Assembly (NCBI RefSeq): GCF_001194135.2
Contig: NC_068992.1
Location: 33,354,929 to 33,418,928 of the forward strand
Length of the DNA stretch: 64,000 nt
Reading direction: 5' to 3'
Source: Octopus bimaculoides
Taxonomy: Eukaryota
The notes under the pieces were generated by a model that saw only the letters and a program-made list of their open reading frames with translations, made no database searches and was not told the DNA's origin. The translations under genes were made by a program, and so were the position numbers. Shown in pieces: positions 53,067-64,000 of the stretch (position 1 is the stretch's first letter; each line of letters begins with the position of its first letter).

Positions 53067-55611
53067 TAGTGGAGACGAGAATACATTTACCAAAGGTTTA
53101 TTACTTTAGGTACAATAGAGTTTAAGCCGTCAGTTATTTTTGTATAGTTCACCCAGATTCGTCCCACACTCGCTGCTAACCTTCTTCTGTCTTCATTCTT
53201 CTCCCAGTTCTTTTTCTTTCCTGCTGACCAACTTCTTAGCTAGCCCACAGTGAAGTATCTGTTTACAGTTCGTCTGTCACAAATCCTTCTCTACATAGCT
53301 CCCCTCCAGAGCTGTAGACTGTCATTGGAAATGGGACGGTGTCTTAATTGTCCTGCCCCTGCATGTGGTTACTCAATTCTTTGGTGACTTTTCCTTGTCA
53401 AGGATTGGTGTGATCTGTCTAGGATGGCCCCTGTTTGGTGGTTGGGCCACTTGGAAGGAGCTGTCAATATTGAGATGGGCCAGTTTCAATCTATTGATGG
53501 AGACTGTGTCTTGTCGTCCACCAATTAGGAGTTGGAATGTTTTATCTCCAGGATATATGACTTGATATGGACCATTGTAGGGTGACTGGAGGGGTCTTCG
53601 GCATGTGTCACATCAAACAAACGCAAAGTTAGCCATGCGGAGTTCATTTGGTATGGATGATTTGGGTTTACCGTGTGTCAACATGGGAACAGGGTGCAAC
53701 TGGCCCATGCTGTCTCTCAGTTGAGTGAGGTACCTTTTGGCATCCAGTTCTGAATTCATATTCAGAAGGAATTCTCCTGGCACTATAAGGGGAGCACCAT
53801 ACATCATTTCCATGGAGGAAGCATTGAGATTTTCTTTTGGAGCAGTGCAAATTCCCAGCATTACCCATGGGAGTTGGTCAATCCAATTTGGCCCGTTAAG
53901 TCTGGTTGTCAGTGATTCCTTCAGGCGACTGTGAAATCTCTCTTCTAATCTGTTGGCCTGTAGGTGGTAGGTTATTGTGCAGTTCATTGTGATTCCGCAA
54001 AGGTCACACATGTCATTCCACAGCTTTGAGGTGAACTGTGGACCCCGATCTGATAAGATGCTATGTGGGACACCAAAACGGGTGACCCAGTTTGCGATGA
54101 AAGCTCAGCTGACTTCTTGTCTTTCTGTGCAGAGAGATAGGCCAACAGGTGTAACGGTCCACCAAAGTCAGTAGATACAAGCAACCCCGTGAAGATGGTA
54201 GGGGGCTGACAAGGTCAATGTTGACATGGCTGAATCAGGCCTGAGGTGGTTCATAGTTGCCAAGGGGTGTTTTGGTGTATTGATGAACCTTAGCTTGTTG
54301 ACAGAGGATGCAGGACCTGGTCTAGTCCCCAATTTGCTTGGCCATACCGTGCCAGATAAATTTGCTTGACAACGGCCACAGTGTGACTTTAGTACTTGGG
54401 TGGGAGAGTCCTTGAACGACGTTGAAAACTTTCTTGTGTCAGGCTGATGGGACGATTGGTTGTGGCTTGCCAGTGGATACATCACCCAGTAGCGTTGTGC
54501 CATTAGAGCCAAAGTGTTCATCCTTCAAAGAAAGTGATGTGATCGCAGTGTGGTAGGCCCGGATCTCATCATCTGTCTGTTGAGTTGCAGTCATTGCTTC
54601 ATAATCCAGGTCTTCCATTATTGGTGCTAGGTAGGTGTGAGAGCAGGTAGGAGCATGAGAGAGTGCATCAGCAACTGGGTTGCCTTTGCCGGATATGTGT
54701 TGGATGTCTGTGGTGTACTCAGAAATTGCTGAAAGCTGTCATTGTTGGCATGCAGACCAGGGCTCCAAGAGCTTGCTCATAGCAAATGTGAGTGGCTTGT
54801 GATCTGTGAAAACTGTAAACATGTGGCCTTCAAGGAAATACCAAAAGTGGCAGACACCTAGATGGACAGCCAGTAGCTCCCTGTCGAAAACATGGTATTT
54901 CTATTCAGGAGGCTCATAGTTGTTGGCTGAAGAAGGCGAACAGTCACCACTGAGTGTTGATGTATTGTTCCAAAACACCTCCAATAGCTGTGTCAGATGC
55001 ATCAACTGTGAGTGCAGTCTGAGCTAACATGTGAGGATGAGGCTACCACAGTTCTGGTCTAAGAGGGCTGAGCTGTTGTTTGCGCAGGCAGAAGTTCAAT
55101 TCGATATAAACAACATAACGACCAAACAAAGTACTCTCATGTTGTGGTGGCACGAAACGAAGACACGGCAACGAGGGTGCTGGACATTTTAACCCATCCC
55201 CCACCAGCAGAAAAATATGCTATATTAAAAGACAGGTGAAGTGGGATAGTACAATGACTTCAGCCTTCAAATAGGTGACCTATACCCAATGCCTCCATAT
55301 TGTTGAACTCGGCCTTTGTGATTGCAAGTTTATCTAGTGATAGACGTGTGCAGCTGTGCACTGGGGAGGGGAGGAGCGGTGGTGAAGACAAGAATGCATT
55401 TACCAAAGGTTTATTACTTTAGGTACAATAGGACTTAAACCGTCATTTATTTTTGTATAGTTCACTCAGATTCGTCCCACACTCGCTGCTGACATTCTTC
55501 TGTTTTCATTCTTCTCCCAGAAGTCCTTTTTCTTTCCTGCTGACCAACTTCCTTGCTAGTCCACAGCGAAGTATCTGTCCACAGTTCGTCTGTCACGAAT
55601 CCTTCCCTACA
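53067..55611 (-). mobile_element. Gypsy LTR retrotransposon, rearranged; LTRs 53067-53295 and 55380-55611
   Basis: LTRs ~90% identical; PPT ggaggggag next to the left LTR. RNase H (VDASD..DRELLA..TDHKPL), integrase (HLQANRLEER, GPYQV), RT N-term and an inverted gag piece. Confidence 0.92.
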
Positions 55612-55679
55612 AGGGAGTGATTCCAGTTCTACAATAATATTTACACAGTATTCACGTATGGATTACTTTCCCTCTTGTT

Positions 55680-55881
55680 TGTAAACCCTAAGGTGTATAC
55701 ACATACACACATACACACACAACCAAATATGTATTCCTCCTCTGCCTCCTCCTCCTCATCATCATCATCAGAAGCAGCAGCAGCATCACCATCATCCCCA
55801 GCACCACCACCACCACCACCACCACCACCATTATCATCATCATAAATCATCTTAATCATCCTCATTATCATGATCATCATG

Positions 55882-55921
<40 letters not shown>

Positions 55922-55925
55922 CTAT
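55680..55925. repeat. Compound (CA)n/(CCT)n/(CAC)n/(CAT)n microsatellite; representative of dozens of SSRs in the window
   Basis: Directly visible tandem di- and trinucleotide runs. Confidence 0.95.
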
Positions 55926-56199
55926 GATGCTTGATCCTCCAATTCAGTGTCTTACTCAACATCTTAGTAACATTAAGATCAACTTTCACCACATCTTCCT
56001 GTGTCTTCTGCATTCACAACTTTCTTCCATTTGGATCTCTTGGCAATTTTTTAACCAACTGTCATTGTTCATATATATTTATCCATACTCTGCAGTTTAT
56101 TTTTTTCTCTCTTGCACAATTCATCTGGTTCCTCTTTACAGCCAGTTTTTCTTTCAACACATTGTGCTCTATCATTCATGTACACTAACACTATACATT

Positions 56200-57200
56200 A
56201 AGATAAGGATATATTTTATTTCCTTCCAGCATTCGTATATCTTCTGCATTTAATGCTTATGTTTCTCTACTATACAACATTACACTTCTTACACAAACAT
56301 CATACAACTTACCCTTCATTTGGAGAAAGAAGATTTCGTTGCCAGTTGGGATTTTATCTCCCTGAAATTTTTCTCTCGTGATCTTATTTAAGGCTACTAA
56401 TTTGAAACGCACTCTTTTACTTTTAATTAGACCAATGAGACAAGAGAAGCTATCAAGTGCCTCTATGGAGCTTTTTATGCAGTTCAAAGAATTTCTTTAA
56501 TGCATTCTCTTACTGATAACTGCACTCGTTCATCTGCCACACATGAAGTCTTTCCTTTCTGTCATATTACTTCTAATCCCACTACACCACTTGTACTCCT
56601 ATAGTTTATACTGAGAACACTTTCTACTTTCCTGCATATACAACATGGTTACTTTCCAGATGGCAGTAGAGTCCTATCTGCTTTGTTGCTACCACTTTGT
56701 CTTTATTATGTTTATTTTGAGGCCTCTCAACTCCAAGTTCTGTGTCTATGCTTGGAATTTCCCCTCAAAATCTTTAACAGATTTAAGTATGTGAACTAGG
56801 TCATCAATGTAAAGGAGAACTCACTAACAGCTTTACTCCAAAATTATTATTTGGAAAACTATAATCAACAGAAAGGAACTAAAAGCTGAGCCCTGATAGA
56901 CACCTATTTGCACACAAAAACACAATGTCCAGTCTCACTGTGTTGATGACATCTGTGATATATTTGTTCATAGCTGATACAGCCCTCATTTGCCATTTCT
57001 CATAAATTAGTTTTCTTTAAAAACTATCAGAGTGAGGTACCCTCTTAAAAGCCTTCTCAACATTGAAAAATACATGACAGTCTACTTTTAGCTAAGAATA
57101 TCTCTCAAAGTTGTTTTATTCAGAAAGGGGTATCAGTAGTACCTGTTCAAGCCTAAATCTGAACTGCATCTCGTCTAATCTAAATTTCTCTCAATCCTTT
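56200..57200 (-). mobile_element. Old RTE RT fragment
   Basis: ..KGKLYDVCVRSVMLYSRET and decayed RT motifs. Confidence 0.6.
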
Positions 57201-57211
57201 GTACTCTCACT

Positions 57212-57446
57212 CAATGGTTCTCAACCAAGGTTCATGTAAGATTTTGTTGTTAAAATTTATGTGCTATAATTGCTTATATTTCTACAATGTACAAAACATT
57301 TTAAATTTCTTATACAACTCCTAATAATATTTAATTATAAAAATACAGAAGAATGCTTTTTATATACATTGAATGGCTATAGAAGTCTATTTGAGTAAAA
57401 CAGGAATGAAAGGGGTCCATAGGGAAAAATTGGCTGCGAATCATTT
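57212..57446. mobile_element. hAT MITE related to 50910-51241, opposite orientation
   Basis: caatggttctcaac..ggggtccatag; degenerate TSD ctctcact/ttctaact. Confidence 0.6.
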
Positions 57447-57865
57447 TTCTAACTTGCTATTATTTTTATAATTGGTTCCACTATTTCAAAGCATCTTCAG
57501 TTGCTTCTTTATGAAGCATTTCTTTATGAAGCATTTCTTTATTTTAGAGACATTTGATGAAAATACTACTATGCCAGTCATTCAGTATGGCATCTCTGTT
57601 TACCACTTGATTGACTTTGTCTGAGACTAGTATTTTGCCAGATATTTCAACCTCTAAGTAATTATTCCAGATGCTTATGGAAAATATATTTTTAAATTCT
57701 GTCTTTTTGAAGCAGAGATATTTAAAGAACAATATGTCGAGACTCTGAACAGAAGAGTGGAAAAAAATTTAATCCTTAGGAGTAAATTTCTAGCATTTTT
57801 GTATATTATACCAGTTTGCCAGATGAAAGAGAGCTATTTGTTTCTTGAATATTTTAGTTTTATAT

Positions 57866-58075
57866 AAGGTGGTGAGCTGGCAGAAATGTTAGCACACTAG
57901 GGGAAATGTTTAGCAGTATTTTGTCTGTCTTTACGTTCTGACCTCAAATTCCGCCAAGGTCAACTTTGCATTTCATCCTTTCAGGGTTGATAAATTAATT
58001 ACCAGTTGCATACTGAGGTTGATCTTATTGACTAGCCCCTTCCCCACAAATTTAGGGCCTTGTGCCTAAAGCAGA
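57866..58075 (+). mobile_element. SINE family A
   Basis: aaggtggtgagctggcagaaatg..tcatcctttcaggg. Confidence 0.8.
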
Positions 58076-60103
58076 AAAGAAAATTGTAGCTTTATATAAA
58101 ACAGCAACAATACTAACATTCTTCAAAATATTTTAGTCAATATTCAAGGAAGATGTTTCTTTATCATGTTTTTGATTAAATATTTTTTCCATCAGTACCC
58201 TTTCTAGAAAGAAAAAAATCTCTACTTGAAGGAACAAGTATTTAGATTAGATTTTCTTCTTAAACCTAACTTGAAATATGTAGCCAATGAAATTCAGGCC
58301 AAGATATTATTCTGGCAATCTAATAAATGGGGCTCTCTCATGTTGTCTTTAATCTGCTAGAAATAGCAGCCAAATCTTCTTCAAATTATACTTTACCATT
58401 AAAAAAAAAAAAGAAATATCACACTTGACAATGTATTCCAAAAATGGTGGATGGTCATGTCTAGAAAACCTTTGATCACAGGTTAAATTGATTATGGTTG
58501 ACTTGGGGTTAAATAGCAACAACAACAATAAAATTTACAGAATTTTGCAATTTAATTCATAAACTTCACCAAAATTATGTTGTATAAACAGTAAATTTGT
58601 GTTACTCTTTTCCTGATTAAATGTCTATTGAATTAAGCTACCTATAATTTTTTATTATTTTTTTTTAATAATTAATAGTTTGGAAGGATTTAATAAAATG
58701 AATAACCATTTTATAATTAAGGTAGTATTTTGAATAATTTTTTTTAAAATGTTGTTCATGTAAGGCTTTAATTTAAGTATGAACTCTTTAAGATAGGAAG
58801 CTTTTGTATCACAGAAGAGGCACCCTTAGGCAAGTTGGTAACAAAAGGTTTAAATAAATGTAAAGTAAAAGTTTGCTTATGTACATCAAAATCTATGCCA
58901 CTATGTACCAAAGTTTTCATTTTCATTAATTGACTTTTAAGTTTGCAGTGAAAACAAGCATAAGAGTAATGAAAAATTAAATTGTGTGTATATGTATGAA
59001 TGATTGAAAACATTTAGTGTAATTAGTGGCAGCTTAAATGCAGAAATTATATTGGTTAAAATTCGTTTGAGACAGAGAGTGTTAAAATATACAGAGCAAA
59101 ACAGTGACATTCTTTCGAAAAAAGCATTTGATTACATGTTGCATTTGACATTTCTAAAATGAAACGAACAATATTCTGTCAGAAATGAAAGAGACAGATA
59201 ACAGTTAATTTTTTGGAATATGAGACCATGTACTAGCATTTAAAAAGTTTTGTTACAGAATATCAACTCTTGAGATAAAGTTAAGCTTTTCTTAGTTTTA
59301 GCTTTTCTCAAACTTCACCAGTGAGAAAGATTTGCAAAAGAGCAAAAGCCCAGCTAGATGTAGTTCAGTTAATAAAGGGAAAATGGTGTGTATTCTACTG
59401 CATCATGATACCAAATTTAAGTTTCCCCATGCATGACTGTGTAGTAAACAAGTTTACTTTACAACCATGTGGTTTTAAGTTCCATTCTACTATATCTTGA
59501 GCCTGTATCTTCTGACATAATCCTAATGATCACTACTTTGCAAGTATAATTTGATAGAAACTCTATTTGACATTTATTATATACTGAATTACATACACTT
59601 TGTTGTAAGAAAGATGTAGTGAACCAATAATTGGCCCATTGGACATTATTGTAAAATTCCACTAACAATGCTTTTGTTTACACATTGTGACATAAAATAG
59701 ATAAATAAATAAACCAAAGAAATAATAAATTTGAAACTATTTTCTATGTTTAGCTCAGTTACTTTTAGGGGACTGCATTTTAACAACTCGTTCTGTCAGT
59801 GTCATTTTGTTTTAAATTCTTACATTCTACAAGTCAATAAGTCTTAGAGTAATGCTATTTACAGTACTGGTTTTCTATTTACTTTTCTTTTCTGACATGA
59901 CAGCAAGCTGGTACACAGCATCCTATCACCTTAGTTATCTCTGTACTTTAGGAATTTTTCTTTTGACAGAACCTAGATTCTTCAGGCTGTCTCAAAAATT
60001 AACTGATGTCATTAACTCTCACTTCTGCAGATCCTTTCAGATATTAAATTTTACCAACTACTTATTCAGAACTCTTTGTTATCTCTGTTTAGTAGTTTCT
60101 TAC

Positions 60104-60119
60104 CAAAGGATTGCAAATC
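60104..60119 (-). CDS. Candidate micro-exon 1 (16 nt)
   Basis: cttacttctgcttttgtaaatccacag|GATTTGCAATCCTTTG|gtaaga; chain frame ICNPL. Confidence 0.4.
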
Positions 60120-60169
60120 CTGTGGATTTACAAAAGCAGAAGTAAGATATGTAAACTGCTCTTTATCTT

Positions 60170-60389
60170 TTACTTGTTATAGTCATTAGAGTGTGGCCAT
60201 GCTGGGGCATCACCTGATGGATTTAGCTGAATAAACTGACTTCCATACATATTTTCTAAAAAGTCTGGTGCTTATTTTATCAGTCTCTTTTGTTGAACTG
60301 CTAATTTATGGGGATATAAACAAACCAACACCAGTTGTCAAGTGGCATGGAAAAAAACCCAAACATAAAGACATATAGATACACCCCAC

Positions 60390-60422
<33 letters not shown>

Positions 60423-60842
60423 TCAATATTATCTGAGTAATAACCTCATAACATGCATTTAAAAGCTCCTATACTATTATGGGCTACCATATGCCATCAT
60501 ATAGCAAGGTTATTTCCTGAGCTGAGTAAACATGTGGAACTCTGTTAGTGTATAAAATTAATATAAAAATTTATAGAAGAAGATAGAAAAAAAGCAGAAT
60601 TTAATTACAAATTACAGCATTTGTTTCTATACTGTTGCCTTAAGAGAAATCTACCTGATGAAATACTGGCACCCAGCTGTTGCTGAATCATATTTATTTA
60701 TTTGACTATTTATAAATTAATCTTATGCAATGGTATGAGAATGAAAACTCAGCAACTTAAAGCTTGTGCAAGACAAATGTATTTTGTAATTAAAGCCTAT
60801 TGTTTCATTTGGCTATATAAACCTTATACATTTCTATGTATG

Positions 60843-60873
<31 letters not shown>

Positions 60874-61030
60874 GAATGACAGGCTTCCTTTAGTTTCTCT
60901 CAACCAAATCCACTCACAAGGCTTTGGTCAATCTGGGCTGTAGCAGAAGACACTTGTCCGAGGTGTCATGCAGTGGGAGTCAACCTGGAATCACACATTT
61001 GGGAAGCTAACTTCTTACTACATAGCCACT
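60170..61030 (-). mobile_element. SINE family B split by a ~410-bp insert in its internal microsatellite
   Basis: Head ~60870-61030, tail ~60170-60400. Confidence 0.65.
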
Positions 61031-61393
61031 ATGTCCAACATCTTAAAAAGCAGCAGTAAAAACATATAATTATTCAGTTACATATAACTTTGAGCAGGGA
61101 GATGAAATTGGGGAAACTGCATTTGGGGGGTTTTGTGGGAAATAAAATGGATAAGTCAAAAGAAAAAATTGATAATTTTACAATTTTATCAACTAATTTT
61201 AATTTGTCATTTCATTTAACATGGAAAACTGATTTACGTTCATTCTTTCATTTTGTTCAAAAAGAAAACTAATAATAGGTAATGTTATGCAAAAGTTAGC
61301 CAATTTTTATGTCAGCTTCTGATATTGACTACATTATATTCCGTCTCCATTTGAGTTGCTCTCTTTGTAAACATGTATTATTTAGTTGAGCCA

Positions 61394-61600
61394 AAGGCAG
61401 TGAGTTGACAGAACCATTATAACGATCAGGACAAAAGGTATAGTGATATTTCATCCATCTTTACATTCTGAGTTCAAGTTCTACTGAAGTCAACTTTGCC
61501 TTTCATCCTTTCGGGTTTGATGCTATAAATACCAGTTGTGCACTGGGATCAATGCAATCAACTAGCCTCCTTTCTTCAAAATTTGGGGCCATGTGTCTAT
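61394..61600 (+). mobile_element. SINE family A
   Basis: ctgagttcaagttc..ctttgcctttcatcctttcggg. Confidence 0.75.
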
Positions 61601-62179
61601 AGCAGTGATGAATATTTAGTTGGGCTGATGAAATAGCATTTTACATATTGTTTCAGCTTGTGAGAAATAGTAATGAAATCTCTCAAATCACAACCTTTAT
61701 TTGCTTAACAAGTCCTTGGGTTACTGACACAAAAAAAAAAATTACAGCCTGGTCAGGACTGGAATATATCCTCTGAGTTGACCCTTGGCTAAAGAAAATC
61801 ACGTATTTTGTTTTAAGCTTCTAAAAATAACAATCTTGGTAAGAATTGCCTCTCACTTGTATCACAACTGCATGCTGTGGTGTGCCAGAACCATTATTAT
61901 ATCAAATAACCCCTTTAAATTCTCACTTACACAATCACTAGAATTCAATAAAAGGAATCTTAAGTGTCACTCTTGTAATCTTGTCTTCAGTGTATAATGA
62001 CCAAGTGATAAATTACTGACAGCTCACTTGTTGATTAATATTACCATGGAATCAAAAGATTTTAAGGGTTTTTGTATCAACAAGTGTAAGTCATAAATTT
62101 ATATGATTTTATTATTCAAGCAATGATTCTTAATGACAAAATCCCTGCTTACAATGTGTAAAAGAGGTGTGACAATGTT

Positions 62180-63410
62180 GTAAAAATAAAAAAACATCAT
62201 GCAGTTTGGCGTTGTGCCAAAGAGAAGCACCGCTGATACTATATTTCTAGAAAGGTGACTGCAGGAGAAATACATAGCCAAAGGTAAACCTCTGTACTTA
62301 GTCTTTGTTGTCTTGGAGAAAGCTTTTGACAGGGTCCCTTGCTCCCTTATATGGTAGTCAATGCAAAAACTAGGGATAGACAAGTGGTTGGTGAGAGCTG
62401 TACAAGCTATGTACAGGAATGCTACCAGTAAGGTGAGGGTTAGCAAGGAATACAGCAAAGAATTCAGGATACAAGTAGGGGTTCACCAAAGATCAGTGCT
62501 CAGCCCTCTTCTTGTTCATCATAGTCCTCCAGGTAATAACAGTGGAATTTAAGATAGGCTGCCTCTGGGAGCTCTTCTATGCTGATGACCTTGCTCTTAT
62601 TGCTGAATCATTACCAGAACTAGAGAAGAAGTTCTGGGTATAGAAGCAAGGTTTAGAATCGAAGAGTCTTAGAGTTAACCTAACAAAAGCCAAAGTCTTA
62701 ATATGAAGACAGACAAATCACAAATCCCTTCAAGTAGATGGCTCTGCTCGATCTGTAGAAAAGGTGTAGGTAGAAACTCCATAAGATGCACCAAATGTAA
62801 GCTATGGACATATAAAAGGTGCAGCAATATCAGAGGAAGGTTAACAAGGAAACTAGCATTTGTATGAAGAAGATGCACAGGTACAATAAATGTGAAAATA
62901 TGCAGAAAATAGACTCCATTAACTACCAGTGGGGCAAGCTAGAGGTAATAGATAGCTTACATTATCTAGGTGATCAGGTTAGTAGTGGAGGTGGATGCTC
63001 TGAGAGTGTAGCTATGAGAATAAGATAAGCTGGGCAAAGATCAGGGTGCTCCAACATTTAGCAGCCTTTCATAGCATTTTTCTTTGTAGAGCCACTAACT
63101 GCAAGTGAACCATCATCCATGCAAACACACTTCTCTTCCACAACATCACATTTTTCCCTGGTACTCTGTCTTGCAAACTGAAACACTTCAAGCCACTGGT
63201 CCTCACATTGCAGAACATTGGCAAACTTCTTCCTTTCTACTTCAGCCCTGGTTATGTATACCTGCTTTCTAGCTTCCCTTCTAGCTGACTGATACAGCTC
63301 CTTGCTACTGCCACCCTTCTAGTTCTTCCAAGCCTGTTTCTTTGCTCTAATGGCCTTGTCAACTCCCCTGTCCCACCAGGCCTGGCTAGGACTTTGCACC
63401 AACCACAAAT
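62180..63410. mobile_element. RTE LINE fragments: RT on + (~62180-63050), upstream linker region on - (~63050-63410)
   Basis: QFGVVPKRST..LEKAFDRVP..QVGVHQRSVLSP..YADDLAL; rc WWDRGVDKAIRAKKQAWK..YERLLNV. Confidence 0.85.
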
Positions 63411-63429
63411 TTGGTCTGTGGCTCTCTGA

Positions 63430-63650
63430 AAGTACTAAAGGGTTAAGCATGATTTTCTTGGTATCATGTCTATTAATTTCCCTGTTCCTGTCTCTATTAC
63501 CCCAAGTGCCTCAATGATAACAGTATCATAGTGGTTTTCATTTTCCACATTTTGACAATCTGCATCCCTAAGTTTTGTACTTATGCAGTTCATCAAGACT
63601 TTTGACAGCAACATTGTTGTTCTTGGGGACAGCCACATCAATTACGAGAA
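63430..63650 (-). mobile_element. Dong/R4 REL endonuclease 3' fragment
   Basis: ..TVIIEALGVI..; decayed. Confidence 0.45.
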
Positions 63651-63953
63651 AAATTTTATTCATATGGTTTTATTACTGTTATATCTGAGTGATTCGCCTT
63701 GTTGGTTCTGTTGGTATGAATTGCAGACTTCCAGAGAATGGTCTCAGTAACTTCCTGGGGAAGGTGTTCATTCCAAGTCTTAGTAGCTTTTTCCCACAAT
63801 GCTTACAGATTTTCTAATGAGAAAACTGCTTTTTTTGTTTGTCTCTTTTTCTACTTATTAGTAACCATTAAAGAACATCTAAAGACAAGGTGGTCAATAA
63901 TATCATTATTATTATTGTTATCATCATCACCATCGGCGTCGGCGGCGTCGCCA

Positions 63954-63994
<41 letters not shown>

Positions 63995-64000
63995 GTTATT

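Noticed and set aside
59852-60145. Plus-strand 97-aa ORF or exon
   Set aside because: No recognisable domain and no phase-compatible plus-strand partner exons found; it overlaps a better minus-strand micro-exon.

Overview
AT-rich, microsatellite-dense animal genomic DNA with 7 N-gaps. The SINE, RTE and Dong repeat repertoire suggests an octopus-like cephalopod (inference, not a database result). Most of the window is decayed mobile DNA: a near-full-length Dong/R4 LINE, many RTE LINE pieces (two young), several tRNA-type SINE families, hAT, Chapaev3-like, Tc1 and mariner DNA transposons, MITEs, Gypsy LTR elements and two solo LTRs. Almost all ORFs in the supplied track are TE remnants, microsatellite translations or gap read-throughs. 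Three things stand out. (1) Nine very short minus-strand candidate exons (10-62 nt, GT-AG) spread over 60 kb join into one open reading frame: a putative micro-exon host gene I do not recognise. (2) A full-length U6 snRNA retrocopy sits 9 nt upstream of a SINE head. (3) Several TEs are structurally odd: a Gypsy with an inverted gag piece replacing most of RT, a foldback transposon made of two 3' ends, and a LINE 3'UTR carrying a copy of its own 5' flank. No rRNA, stand-alone tRNA or CRISPR seen. All alignments and counts were done by eye; coordinates marked ~ are approximate.
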